Shown here piece by piece: positions 12,550-23,831 of a stretch of DNA of 37,912 bases. Under the pieces are notes generated by a model. It did no database searches. It was given only the letters and a program-made list of their open reading frames with translations, and had not been told where the DNA came from. The stretch comes from Piptocephalis cylindrospora (taxonomy: Eukaryota). Location of the stretch: NCBI GenBank assembly GCA_003614145.1, contig KZ987734.1, positions 1 to 37,912 on the forward strand. Direction: 5' to 3'. Positions within the stretch are counted from its first letter, which is position 1; each line of letters begins with the position of its first letter. A program made the position numbers and the translations under genes.

Positions 12550-13540
12550 CATCCCACTCTGTTTCATACTGTATATGGGATGATGAAGAGTGCATGCACT
12601 GACCTTTGACTTTTTCGGTGACCGTGCCCCACGTGTAGATGTAAGCTTGTTCTAATGCCCTAACCTTTGAGTAACCTTTGAGTAGAGAGGCATGCATGAC
12701 AAAGTGATCTAGTATCAGTGCAAGGGGATATTCCTTCTTGCTCAAAGAAAGGGTAAACGGGTTCGAATAATGATTATAAAATCATTCTATTTTCCCTCAG
12801 TAGAGTGGACGAATGAATGTCCGACTACGGCACAAATGAATTCGAACATTACTGGATTGCATGAAGATATCGCTAGTGCATAAACATAGACGTATTTATG
12901 AGCCATCGAACTATCGTTCTTATGCTACTGTATCCAGATATAATATGTTCACGGTCCATTAGGTATCCCAGGACATATTTGGATTCCCTTTAGGTATCCA
13001 TGACAAGTTCTTCTTGCGCCATTGTCCTACCGCCTGAATCTTGATCTTGAATCTCTAGACATTCATCAATGGACCCTCTTACTACTTGTCAAGATGGAGT
13101 TTTAAAGATGAAGGTATTCCTAACGACGATGTGTACACAGTGCTTTCTTACCAATCATCGCGTACCTGACAGACACGTTCCATGCCCCCCTAACTATACT
13201 GCCTCGTCTCTTTCCCTGGGGTCTATGATTTGTCAACAGGCCATTCTGACTTGGCTTGGCCGGCTGACCAAGGATTTTTAGACATCCTTACACGTGCCAT
13301 GACACACGGATGCACACAAACTGTTCATAGTGAGGGGGACGACACACAGACATTATACCTCTAGAGGTCCTCTTTATGGGGAGTGGAAGGAAAAAAGAAG
13401 AAAAAAAAAAGAGCCTTGCCTCGCTGCACCATACATACACACACACACATACACAACTCATCTCCCACACCCAGCCATACATAGCTTTCTGGGCCTCATA
13501 CGCGAAAAGAACCACCCTCCCCTCTGCCCTCTCCCTCAGC

Positions 13541-13548
13541 TATAAAAG
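13541..13548 (+). promoter_or_regulatory. TATA box of the IMPDH gene
   Basis: TATAAAAG about 135 nt upstream of ATG 13680, preceded by a CT-rich tract. Confidence 0.6.
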
Positions 13549-13679
13549 ACTAGCAGGATGGCCGGACCTAGACTGGTAGGAGAGAGGGGGAGTTGGGATA
13601 TCTCTTGCCTTTCCCTTTTTCTGGCCTTTTCCCCGCCCATCCAAAGATTACCTTCGTCTAAAGATCATCCTTGTCCATC

Positions 13680-15248
13680 ATGTCCGCTGAATACCTTGAT
13701 CCCCTCACGGCCCTCCAGGTCCTTGAACAGGAGGGAAAGTCCGACGGTCTGTCCGCCGCTGAGCTCCAGGATAACAAGATCAATGGGGGAACCACCTACA
13801 ATGACTTCCTCATCCTCCCCGGATACATTGGTTTCTCTGCCTCCGCCGTAACCCTGGATACCCGTGTCACCCGTCGCATCTCTCTCAAGACCCCCCTGAT
13901 GAGTAGCCCTATGGACACTGTGACCGAGACTGACATGGCCATCAACATGGCCCTGCTTGGCGGTATTGGTATCCTCCACAACAACTGCTCCCCCGAGGTT
14001 CAGGCTGCTATGGTACGCACTGTCAAGAAGTACGAGAATGGCTTTATCCCCGAACCCACTGTCCTGGCCCCCACCAACACTGTTCAGGATGTCTGGGACA
14101 TCAAGGCCAAATTTGGCTTCTGCGGCATCCCCATCACCGAGAACGGCAAGCTCAACAGCCCACTTCTCGGCATCGTCACTGCCCGTGACATCCAGTTCCT
14201 CGAGGACGGTACCGCCTCCCTCTCTGACGTCATGTCGACTGATCTCGTCACTGCCAAGGCTGGCGTCACTCTTGAGCAGGCCAACCAGATCCTCCGCTCC
14301 TCCAAGAAGGGAAAGCTCCCCATCGTCAACGACGAGGGCCACCTTGTCTCCCTTCTTGCCCGATCCGATCTCCTCAAGAACCAGTCTTTCCCCTTGGCCT
14401 CCAAGGGCAAAGGCAAGCAGCTACTCGTCGGTGCCGCCGTCGGTACCCGTGAGGAGGATATGAAGCGCGTTGCTCTCCTCGTTGACGCCGGCCTTGACGT
14501 CGTTGTCCTCGACTCCTCCCAGGGTAACTCCCTCTACCAGATCAATATGATCCATCACATCAAGAAAACCCATCCCAATCTTGAGGTCATTGCCGGTAAC
14601 GTCGTCACCTGGGAGCAAGCTGCTCGTCTCATCGCCGCTGGCGCCGATGGTCTTCGTGTCGGCATGGGTTCCGGCTCCATCTGTATCACCCAGGAAGTCA
14701 TGGCTGTCGGCCGTCCCCAGGCCACCGCCGTCTACCAGGTTGCCAATTTTGCCTCTCGCTTCGGTGTCCCCGTCATCGCTGACGGTGGTATCCAGAACAT
14801 CGGCCACATCACCAAGGCCCTTGCCATGGGTGCCTCCGCCGTCATGATGGGTGGCCTTCTGGCCGGTACCCACGAGTCCCCCGGTGAATACTTTTACCAC
14901 GAGGGCCAGCGCCTCAAGAAGTACCGCGGTATGGGCTCCCTCGATGCCATGGACCAGAACAAGGCCGACAGCGGAAGCCAAAAGCGTTATTACTCTGAGG
15001 GAGATGCCGTTAAGGTCGCTCAGGGTGTCACTGGTGCCGTTGTCGACAAGGGCTCCATCCGCAAGTTCGTCCCCTACCTTGTCACCGGTCTCCAGCACAG
15101 TCTTCAGGACATTGGCATTGAATCCCTCGAGGGCTTCCACACTGGTGTCCGTGAAGGCATTGTCCGCTTCGAGAAGCGTACCCCTGCTGCTCAGCTCGAG
15201 GGTGGTATCAATGGTCTTCACTCCTACGAGAAGCGTCTTTTCTCTTAA
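13680..15248 (+). CDS. IMD: Inosine-5'-monophosphate dehydrogenase (with CBS subdomain), 522 aa, intronless
   Basis: [19 protein letters not shown], catalytic [29 protein letters not shown] and C-terminal HSYEKRLF. First in-frame ATG is 13680 (the ORF track starts at a TTG at 13671). Strong C/T third-position bias. Confidence 0.98.
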   Translation: MSAEYLDPLTALQVLEQEGKSDGLSAAELQDNKINGGTTYNDFLILPGYIGFSASAVTLDTRVTRRISLKTPLMSSPMDTVTETDMAINMALLGGIGILHNNCSPEVQAAMVRTVKKYENGFIPEPTVLAPTNTVQDVWDIKAKFGFCGIPITENGKLNSPLLGIVTARDIQFLEDGTASLSDVMSTDLVTAKAGVTLEQANQILRSSKKGKLPIVNDEGHLVSLLARSDLLKNQSFPLASKGKGKQLLVGAAVGTREEDMKRVALLVDAGLDVVVLDSSQGNSLYQINMIHHIKKTHPNLEVIAGNVVTWEQAARLIAAGADGLRVGMGSGSICITQEVMAVGRPQATAVYQVANFASRFGVPVIADGGIQNIGHITKALAMGASAVMMGGLLAGTHESPGEYFYHEGQRLKKYRGMGSLDAMDQNKADSGSQKRYYSEGDAVKVAQGVTGAVVDKGSIRKFVPYLVTGLQHSLQDIGIESLEGFHTGVREGIVRFEKRTPAAQLEGGINGLHSYEKRLFS

Positions 15249-15825
15249 ACATTCACAAGGTCTCTTCGTCCTGGTATGAGGGGAGGGAGAAAGGAATGCC
15301 CTCCACTCCCTCCGCTTCTCTCCTTCCTTTCTATGTAATGAATCGTTCCTTTCCAACTAGATCTCTTCTGATACTACCCTCCATCGGGCTTGTCCAATGA
15401 TTGCTTTTTCAAACGCCATCATTCTTTTACTGGGGGGAAAGCAGATAAGGGGATATCTGGCAGTCGATGAGTCCACATTCATATGGGAGGGGGGCACCCA
15501 GGAGAACAGGCCATCCCTACACCGCATAACCATTGGTTTATCATAGCCACGTTTTACACCATATCCAAATACTCGTCTGCTCTTGGCAAGTGCTCACTTT
15601 CCGAATTCCACGGTTTCCAGGCAGTATGTCTTTAGCAATTTTTTCAGCTGCATAAGGCTTCCATTGACCTTTGGATGATTCCGTGGTCTTCAATTCATGA
15701 CTGTTTCGTTGTTGGGGGTGGCAGGAGGGAAAGGGAAAGGGGGCTGGTGCGTTCACTAGTCCATAATGGAGGGACGTAGCGATACAAATGGAGTCGAAAA
15801 GTGTTGGATATCGGAGTTATAGGAT

Positions 15826-15878
15826 TTAGGATTAGGATGATTAGGATGATTAGGATGATTAGGATGATTAGGGATTAG
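15826..15878 (+). repeat. 9-bp tandem repeat (TTAGGATGA)x4 with degenerate flanks
   Basis: Perfect units at 15832-15867, flanked by TTAGGA and TTAGGGATTAG. Confidence 0.9.
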
Positions 15879-16114
15879 TGTTTGACAACAAAAGAGGGCT
15901 TGTTGTTTTTCCACCCACCAGGTCAGGTTGCATGAGTCCTGTAGAACTATCTCCAGCGCCATCCCACTTCATAGCCACCCTTTCCTTCCTTTTATTTTCC
16001 TTTCATCTTCCACTCCCACTCCCCCTCACCTTTTTTCTTGGTTCTCGGGCTTGGCCTTTTCAGACTAGCGCTTTCCTGCGTCCCATCCCTCCGCAACGAC
16101 GTGACGATACTCCT

Positions 16115-17909
16115 CCATTTTGACCTGCGCCCCCTCCTTCCCCCTACATTTCAACCCCGTCTTGCCCATCCCAATGTCCGTTGGCCATCTCCACTTTTTT
16201 TTAGCTCATCTTCTCATGCCCCCTTATAATCATCCATCACCAAAAGCCTCTTCGTAGGAGTCTCATCGATCTCACGACTCTTATGGATGTAGACACCTAT
16301 TCTATTTTTACTCCTGCCCAATAACGGGAAAGCCTACGTCCTTATGACCAGATTTACGCAGGGTTTATGTTTATGATTGACATTGAGGTAGGTGCTGATC
16401 CCGGTACTCTTACCTTCCATGCCCGCCATAATTTTGTTGATTATAATGAAACGACTCGTGCTAAATGAGGCAGTGAATGATCATCAGCAATCAGCCCGGG
16501 ATGCCTGCAAAGGGATAACAAAGCCTACTGGCTCCCACCTAGAGGACTCTCTCCTCCTTCGACCTCCCAATTCCCTCATCAACGTCTACTGTATCATTAT
16601 GGAAAAGTAATTTGTCCAGTATTCTTACATTCGCACTGTCAAGGCTCTTCAGGAGGCTATCGGGGTTTATAAATTTCTCCTTGAGCAACCAAAACCCAAT
16701 CCGTTCGATAAGTTTCTTGAGTCCAAAGTGAAGCTTATAAAGGAAGCTTCAGAGTCGATCAAGCAAGAAAAACGGCCGGATATTACTCGAAATGTTCTCC
16801 GCGGCTCTCTACCAGTTATCATACAAGCCTTGATCATGAAGAGGTTTCATCTAAAAGCTCAGGCCCCTTTCGGCTCTCTGGACAGCACGCTCTCATCCCT
16901 TCATGGCATCATGTGCACCTTTTTTTGACAATCCTCCACCTGACAATAGGAACCCCACGGATTCTGAACGTGCAGAGTATTTTATGCTCGAGAGATTATC
17001 TTCGGCCAAGGATGTTTTCAACGGCCCGAAACCCCAGAGCGCTACTCATCTTGCTCATCCTTCTCTCCATCAGGGATCTATCCATTCCTTTACCCTTTCT
17101 CCCTACGTGGACTCCCACGCTTCCCGTGTGAAGAACTTTGGTGGTCTCTTTTCCTCCACAGATCTTCCCACTACATCCAATTTAGAGTTCGTCGAGCTCG
17201 TAAGAGAGATGCGTAGAAAGGTTGATATGAACACCCCCAAAATACTGTGGAAGCAAAAGCGGGCAAGACGCATCAAATTCATACGAAAACGTCACTCAAG
17301 GTCAATGACTCCCTTATACTCCACCATTTGTGACCGTATGCTTTTCAGAATTGTATGGATCAGTAATGATAGGCGTATCTGGTATTCCTTAGTCAATATT
17401 GCAGAAATGCTCAAAGAAATACCGCAAGTCAACTGGATTGGCAAGTACTTGGAAGAATGGATCTATAAGGTTAGATTCGTCCAATTCGTCCGGTACCTTC
17501 AGCCCGATCTGATCAAGCTTCCGGCCATCAAACGTAACTGGGACGCCGCAATTGATATTGCAGCCAAATATATTCGTACATTCGCTCGGTAGTTTGGAAA
17601 CAAAAGTTTCCTGAAGACTCCACGGGATTGATGTACCAGGATATGCTAAATAGTATCTCTGATCATTCTTTTATCGTCAAGAATAATGAGTTCGAGGGGA
17701 AAGTCTGGGACAGCCGCCACACGTCCGTTCCCGACGCTACTAAGATGAAAGCGAAAACGGTTCGCTCTTACCAAGGGAAGCCCAGCATGATGTGGATAGA
17801 CCTCTTCCATAGACTCAAGGGCACCTGGATTGAGGCCCGTAAAGAGGAAGCTTGGATCAATTTGTGTCAAGCTAAGGCTGCCAAGATGCTGGACCAAGCC
17901 CTTAGATGA
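16115..17909 (+). pseudogene. Disrupted paralog of the uncharacterised ORF at 26187-28400
   Basis: Collinear similarity to the 737-aa ORF across several frames: RESLRPYDQIYAGF~KDKLLPVESVYNGL, LINVYCIIM~LLHTYCNVM, LIMKRFHL~LVLKRFYV, ERAEYFMLERL~QKAEYVMIARL, WIYKVRFVQFVRYLQ~WIYKVRLMHLLRLLQ, AWINLC...MLDQALR~AWSKWC...ILNQSLR. In-frame TAA at 16322-16324 and 16608-16610; frameshifts near 16450, at T7 16920-16926 and near 17585. The 5' boundary is approximate. Confidence 0.8.
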
Positions 17910-18472
17910 GCCAGCACCCTTAGAGGCCAGGATGTTCCGAATAACCCCGCCAAACCCTTTTCCAATTACGCCGTATCCCTTAAAGTGTACTTACTTTAGG
18001 CGCATGAATGCAAGCCAATTAAGGCTTTCGATGGAGGTCTATCTCTCCAGACAGTCAAAGAGACCTTTTCAAAGAAGTTCTGATGCGAAATAAATCAGTA
18101 ATATATGGAATGATAAAGCCCCTCCCCTCTCCTGCTCCAGGAACAATTATTTGATCGAATGTGGATAACTAGTCTCTTTTCCATGACATACTCTTCCCTC
18201 ATGCCAATGCATCCCCTTCACCCCTCCCCTCTCTTTTGTAATGCCAATCAGTACTACTCTTGGATGCTCGTTCAAACATATGCTGTTCTCCAAGGGCAAT
18301 TCAGTTTTCTTTTTCGTAAAACAATTCAGGTACCTGACCAGAACATGTACAATGGCCCTTTCCATCGGCTAGACAGGGGCATTTGAGGAGACTTTCCTTT
18401 TCCACGCATCCTTTTTACACAATCCTAGAGAGGTAATAGCATCAGGGAGGCCACTAGACGGCTAAAAAAAAT

Positions 18473-20086
18473 TTAGGAGCTTTCCCTTTCGATCTGGACG
18501 TGATCAGGATTGGGATAATAAAATTGCTCATCCTGAAAGCGAAGACACTCATTTCCCCAAGCCGTCCATCCCGGAGTCAAAGACCGGGAAAATAGCTCCA
18601 GACGTCGTGGGGACGAATCCTGGGACAGCGTTAGGTGGGGATCGAGGATGTGTTGAAGACGAGGCTTGCGTGAATGTTGTCTGGACGGCACGCTGACAAG
18701 AACATGGTGAAAGGGGATGGTCTCTCGCAGGGGGGAGCCTCCTTTCTGAGAGGCCGAGAAGGACGATTCCATGGGGGCTCGAGCAAGGAGTAAAACCTCA
18801 TATGGCCTGCGATGACCATGGTGGAAGGGGACGACGGGCAAGCCGGACCGGGTAACCTTGAGCCAATGCCAATGTCCCACCAGTGAAAGGTTTCCCCAAG
18901 CAGGCAGGAGCTTTTCTCGGAAGATGCGATGAATGCGTCCTCTGTTGGTCAGCCAGATGGCCAGGATCCCCCCAGGAGCAAGGAGCCGTCGGATGGGAAG
19001 GACGAAAAGCTCATAGGGGTCCAGACATCCGTATTGCTTCCCTCGACCCACGGAAGCATTGAGGATGGGCGGATCCATGACAATGAGGTCGTATCGACGG
19101 TCCACCAGTCCTTGGGGTATTAGAGGCTTTAGACCACAAGCAAGATCCGAGAGAAGGAATCTGGAGTGGGGAGGAAGGAGGAAGGAATGACCCTGATCCG
19201 CTGCCCCCATGAGCAGGGACAATCGAATGGGCAGGGCCGATCCATTTTCCACCACTCTCCCATATATCTCGGTCAGATCGCTCAATTGCACCGTTTTCAC
19301 ATGTATGGGTGGTTTTGTCGAGGAGGGATCCTTGCCCAAAATGAGAGGGTCCAGACAAGGTAGGGTAAATTGACGGGTGAGACGAGCGAGGGATCCCAAT
19401 TCCACCAAGGCCATTTCCTCCACCTTCCCTCGGGGATCCTTAAGGAATGAAGGGACGCTATCCATAGGAAGAGATCCAAGATGATGGAGATCCTCACAAA
19501 GCCTCCTGCCCACTTCCTCTATCCTATGATCCTCCGTGGGATCTGATGCATTCTTCTCTACTGGGCCTTGGTGATGGTGATGGTGATTTTGGTTACATGA
19601 CTTTTCATTGATCTTGGCTTCTCGGCGAGGAGCTGCCATTTCATTGGATACGATGTCTCCAGTATTCTCCGTCTTTTCGGTATTCTCCGTCTTTTCGGTA
19701 TCCTCCGTCTTTTCGGCATCTTCCACCTTGAGATACTTTCTCTTTCGGGATGAACGCTATACAACCAGAGAGAAATTACAGAACCCTTGAGTACTGGATA
19801 TCGCTTGAAGACAAACACCCGGCATCAACTCCTCTCTTTTCCCCCTTCCCCCCGAACCCACCGTGGACGCAACAATGTAAGGTTGGGTCAGGTTGTACTC
19901 TTGAGGGAGGACATGAAAGTAGGGGGCTAGACATGACTCGTCCCCCTGATACCCATCCAGAACGGTGCCTTGGGACAAGGTAAAGCGAATCATGCTATTT
20001 AAATCATCGAACGAGAAGGTAATGGGAAAGGGTAGTGGCGATGACCCTAACTCCCATAGCCTAGATACAGGCGGAGCAATATTCAT
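18473..20086 (-). CDS. METTL4: MT-A70 family N6-adenine methyltransferase, METTL4-like, 2 exons
   Basis: FLLPPHSRFLLSD, YDLIVMDPPILNASV, LAIWLTNR, WHWLKVTRSGLPV, RRPYEVLLLAR, VPSRQHSRKP, LELFSRSLTPGWTAWGNE. Inferred phase-0 intron 19861-19757 (GTGGGT..TAG). Start is ATG 20086 or in-frame ATG 20119. Confidence 0.85.
19664..19717 (-). repeat. 18-bp coding tandem repeat (EKTE[D/N]T)x3 in the MT-A70 linker
   Basis: tattctccgtcttttcgg-type units on the + strand, translated as EKTEDTEKTENTEKTENT. Confidence 0.8.
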
Positions 20087-21466
20087 TTCTATCACTCTTG
20101 TAAGTGTGAATGCACACATTGATCAAAGGCCATCATGTCATCAGGCAAGCAAAGTCCCGGGCCCTGATCGTATACATCATCCCCCTTCTGATAAAGCATT
20201 AAAGCCAAGTCCTGAAGGGCTCCCGCCTCTCAAGCTTTTATCTTGTTGTCAAAATAAGAGGCCATCTTGCCGGCGCGATCGACTCATATTCAGGGGGAAT
20301 TTTCCTTATGGAGCAAGGCCCGCCCGGCATATCGCCAGTGGATGTCATTTCCCTTCCCACTGAAAATATTATCTTTATTTTCAATTGAAGGAACACGAGA
20401 TGTACGCCCTTGTAGATACCTACGGTTCCCGTCATGGACGTGACAAGGCTAGGGCGACAGGGCAAGCCTGACTATCCTGCATTTCATCATGCACAACAGC
20501 CCACTCCCTCTGGCCCTTGTCGTACCCATCCTCCCTCCCTCTCTCTCTCTCCGTCCTCAGTACGGGATAAAAGGGGAAGAGCGTGTATTGTTCTCCCGTC
20601 ATTACCCTTTACACCCTACTCCCACCCTCCCCTGCCCGCCAATCCAGCATCATATCCTGCAGCTCAGCCACCACCTTGTCTTATGCCATGACACAACTCC
20701 CGTACACCACAGACATGACAGCGACATACTCCTTCATTTTTAGTGTGCGTTGGCAACCTTTCCCCTTCATCTTTGAGATGGGGGCCGGGGCCCGTCTATC
20801 CAAGGAGGGGCCTGTGCACCATGCACATCGATGTGGCTTTATTCTTTGTCCGTGTTCTGGTAGGATCGATTCTGTCAGGACCAGTCAGCCCTTCCCCCTC
20901 TCTCGGTGGTCTCCCTTGACCGTGTGTATAAAATAGTCGCGGATAAGATGAACATGGCCCTATCGCCCTATCTAGTTCCTTTCTTCCATTTCCTCCCTCT
21001 TCCCATCACCACCCTCCATTGTCATATCCTGCCCCTCTCTATCACTCGCTGTATTTAGCCATCTTCCTCCACTTCATACCCACGTGCATCCCCAGCGCCC
21101 ATATTCCTCGGACCTCCTCCCCGTTGTCATTGTTGAGCTTCCCTTCCCTTTTTCCCCTCTTGTCCCCATTCGGTGTAAAGACCACGCACTTTTCCTATCC
21201 CAATCTTCCTCTCTTTCACTCCTGCCCAGCGCATGGCAAATTAGGATTTAGCTCCCCCTTTTGCCCCCTCAAATTCACCTTGTCAGATACCACGTTTCGT
21301 CCATAGTCCTTGACCATTCAGGCTCCGCTACCCTGCCAACTCCGATCTCCGCCCATAAAAAAACTTGCCTCGTCTATCGCTCTTTGAGGCCTTCTCTGCC
21401 TCAGCTTACCTCTCCCACACACACCGTCACCCACTTCATTTTCCCTGCCCCGGTCCAGGGCGGTAG

Positions 21467-21474
21467 TATAAGTA
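21467..21474 (+). promoter_or_regulatory. Candidate TATA box of the kinase gene
   Basis: TATAAGTA immediately before a long ATG-free pyrimidine-rich leader ending at ATG 22137. Confidence 0.4.
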
Positions 21475-22136
21475 GCTCCGCCTGCCCTCTCCGACACACA
21501 CTTGTCCTTCTCCCCTTTTCCTCTTTCTTCCTCCTCAGCTTTCCCCTCCTTCCCCCTTCCCGTTTTCGTCGTCTTCTCTTCCCCGCCCTCTTCGTCCGTA
21601 CTACTTTCCCCCTAACTCTTTCCCCGAGCCTCACTCATTTCAATTTACGTCTTGCTTTCTCTCTCCTAACGTTACCCCCCCTCCTCCCTCAGCCCCTCCT
21701 GCCATCTCTCATTCCTCCAACCGACGCACTTTGGTCTTTTTTGTGCGCTTTCTGACTATCGTTAAAAACAACGTCTACGGTCCTGCTGATCCCCCCCTCC
21801 TGCCTCCCTCATTACCCCCCTTCCCCCTCGTCGTTCGTTCCTTGATTTCCCTGTCACTTCCCTTCTCTCCGCCCACTTACCTCGTCGCCTCGTAATTTGG
21901 CCCATTCGCCCTCGCCTCGACCATCCAATCATCTGAAAACCCTTCTTCCCCGCGCATCCGTTATTCTTCCTCGCCCGTGCGTCGATTATCTGCAAGACCC
22001 CCCACCCCCCTCCCTTCGTCTTGCGCCCTCTATCCCAGCCTCTCTTTTTTTCTTTTTTTTCCTCTGTGGAATCCCTCATTCACCCATCATCTTCTCCACC
22101 TCTTGCTACACATCCCATCTTCCCCTCTTCACCACC

Positions 22137-23831
22137 ATGCCTAGCTCCACCGCCCAACTTGCCGAGGCCAAGGCCTCCGCCACCGGTCTCCTACCCTTCT
22201 CCCTGGAATCCCCTACGGGGACCTACACTCTCACTTCCGTCCTCACTATGACCTCTGTGGCCGCCATCTATCTTGGACACGCCGTGTCCGACCCTAGCCG
22301 TACCCTGGTCTTTAAGCATCAGCGGACCGCTAAGGCTGTCTGGACCGAGATGGCTCTGCAAAGGGCTCTTTCTTCCTCCCCTTACACCCTGCCACTGCTC
22401 GACCGGTTCACTCATCCCTCAGGTATCTTCATGGTCCTGCCCTACTGCGACCAGGGTGATCTTTTTGACGAGATCATCCGCGTCCACGCAGACCCTTCTG
22501 CCTGCTCCCGGGAGGACCGGGCGGCCTGGGCGTCGAGCCGGCTCCTGACGCTCCTCCAGGCTGTGGCCTATATGCACGGAGAAGGTATCTTTCACAGGGA
22601 TCTTAAGCCCGAGAACATCCTCCTTTATCGCTCCATCCTTCTCCAATCCCCCTCCTCCGCCTGGGGCAAGGCCGGGGGTCATCCCCTTATCTCCGACTTT
22701 GGCATTGCCACCCGTGATCCGACCGCCTCGGTTCGTGGATTCGGTTCTGAGTTCTACATGTGCCCTGAAGCTCTGATGGACGCCGACTCCTACCGCACTT
22801 GCCCCCTCTCCACTGTGCCCGCTGCTGCCGCCGATGTCTGGTCCCTCGGTGTCATTGCCCTCAACCTCTTCACCGGCCGTAACCCCTGGGCCAAGGCCGA
22901 TGCTACCACCGATGCTGGCTACGCTGCCTTCCTCCAGGACCCCTGGGCCCTCATGGAGATGCATGGTTTGAGCGAGGCCGTTGGCTCTCTCCTCATCCGC
23001 ATGCTATGCCCCGATCCCCGCAGACGCGCCACCATCTCCGAGGCCCTTCATCTCGCCTCATCCATTTCCTCCTGGATCTTTGAGGAGGATGAGGAGGTGG
23101 TTGAAGAGGCCTTGGCAGAGGGAGGAATGCCTGAGTTGACCGTGGATGAGTTCTCCACCGACTCTGAGCTTGAGATCCTTACCTCTGACCATGATGACGT
23201 CTTTTTCCGCGCTCAGACCTATGACGAGATTGTGGAGGAGGAGATGGAGCCCTTCCCTGACATGGGGACCCCCTTCCCCGAGGTGGAGGCCTCATCCTTC
23301 CCCGAGATAGATCCATGCACCTCTCCCTTCTCCTCTTCCGATGAGGAGGAGGAGGAAGAGGAAGAGCAGGTGATGGATCCCTTGGACCGTCCCTCTTCCG
23401 CATGGAATAGTCGTCGTCGTGTGACCATCACGGCCAAGGATGATCAGAGTACTGCCCAAACCCGTACTGTCCTTTCTAACTTCAGCGCTGGGAGGCGTCG
23501 AGCCCAGAGTGTTCTGACCCCCAAGGACCTCCCTCGTCGTCATCGAACCCCGTATGCCCTTGGCATGGATGGAGACGATGAGGAGGAAGAGGAGGAGGAT
23601 GCTGCGTTCTGGGGTGCGGGCAGGGGTAAGGAAACCCCTGGGATGGAGCACTCTGTGCTCTTCCCGCCCGTCGAGATGGACGAAGAGTTTGAGGAAGAGG
23701 AAAAGAAGAATGAAGCGGTGATGAGACCAACCACCCGCATCGCCATGCGTGAAGGGTCGAAGCGCGCTGATCATCGATCCCGTTTCCGGTCTCCGACGGT
23801 CTCCTGGGACTTTCGACCTGTGTGTGTCTAA
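22137..23831 (+). CDS. Ser/Thr protein kinase, Ran1/Pat1 (Sks1/Vhs1)-like, with acidic C-terminal tail, 564 aa
   Basis: GDLFDEI, IFHRDLKPENIL, ISDFGIA, GSEFYMCPE and DVWSLGVIALNLFTGRNPW; the last is typical of Ran1-like kinases. First ATG in ACCACCATG context at 22137. Confidence 0.88.
   Translation: MPSSTAQLAEAKASATGLLPFSLESPTGTYTLTSVLTMTSVAAIYLGHAVSDPSRTLVFKHQRTAKAVWTEMALQRALSSSPYTLPLLDRFTHPSGIFMVLPYCDQGDLFDEIIRVHADPSACSREDRAAWASSRLLTLLQAVAYMHGEGIFHRDLKPENILLYRSILLQSPSSAWGKAGGHPLISDFGIATRDPTASVRGFGSEFYMCPEALMDADSYRTCPLSTVPAAAADVWSLGVIALNLFTGRNPWAKADATTDAGYAAFLQDPWALMEMHGLSEAVGSLLIRMLCPDPRRRATISEALHLASSISSWIFEEDEEVVEEALAEGGMPELTVDEFSTDSELEILTSDHDDVFFRAQTYDEIVEEEMEPFPDMGTPFPEVEASSFPEIDPCTSPFSSSDEEEEEEEEQVMDPLDRPSSAWNSRRRVTITAKDDQSTAQTRTVLSNFSAGRRRAQSVLTPKDLPRRHRTPYALGMDGDDEEEEEEDAAFWGAGRGKETPGMEHSVLFPPVEMDEEFEEEEKKNEAVMRPTTRIAMREGSKRADHRSRFRSPTVSWDFRPVCV

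Noticed and set aside
12759..12770. B-box/T-loop-like GGTTCGAAT, also GGTTCGAC on the minus strand near 28985 and 37335
   Set aside because: No cloverleaf, T-stem or A-box could be built around them, so no tRNA was called.
13558..13851. Out-of-frame upstream ATG ORF overlapping IMPDH
   Set aside because: The ATG is only about 10 nt past the TATA box and so probably lies upstream of the transcription start.
13680..15248. IMPDH as a mycophenolic-acid self-resistance gene of a metabolite cluster
   Set aside because: There is no PKS, NRPS or tailoring gene nearby, and the KKYRGMGS tyrosine is canonical.
13665..15356. Long antisense ORFs (225 and 311 aa) over IMPDH
   Set aside because: They are shadows of the strong codon bias of a highly expressed gene and show no independent motifs.
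21897..22136. 80-aa TTG-initiated extension of the kinase as annotated CDS
   Set aside because: It is a low-complexity translation of a pyrimidine tract, and ATG 22137 has good context. It is kept only as a possibility in the findings.
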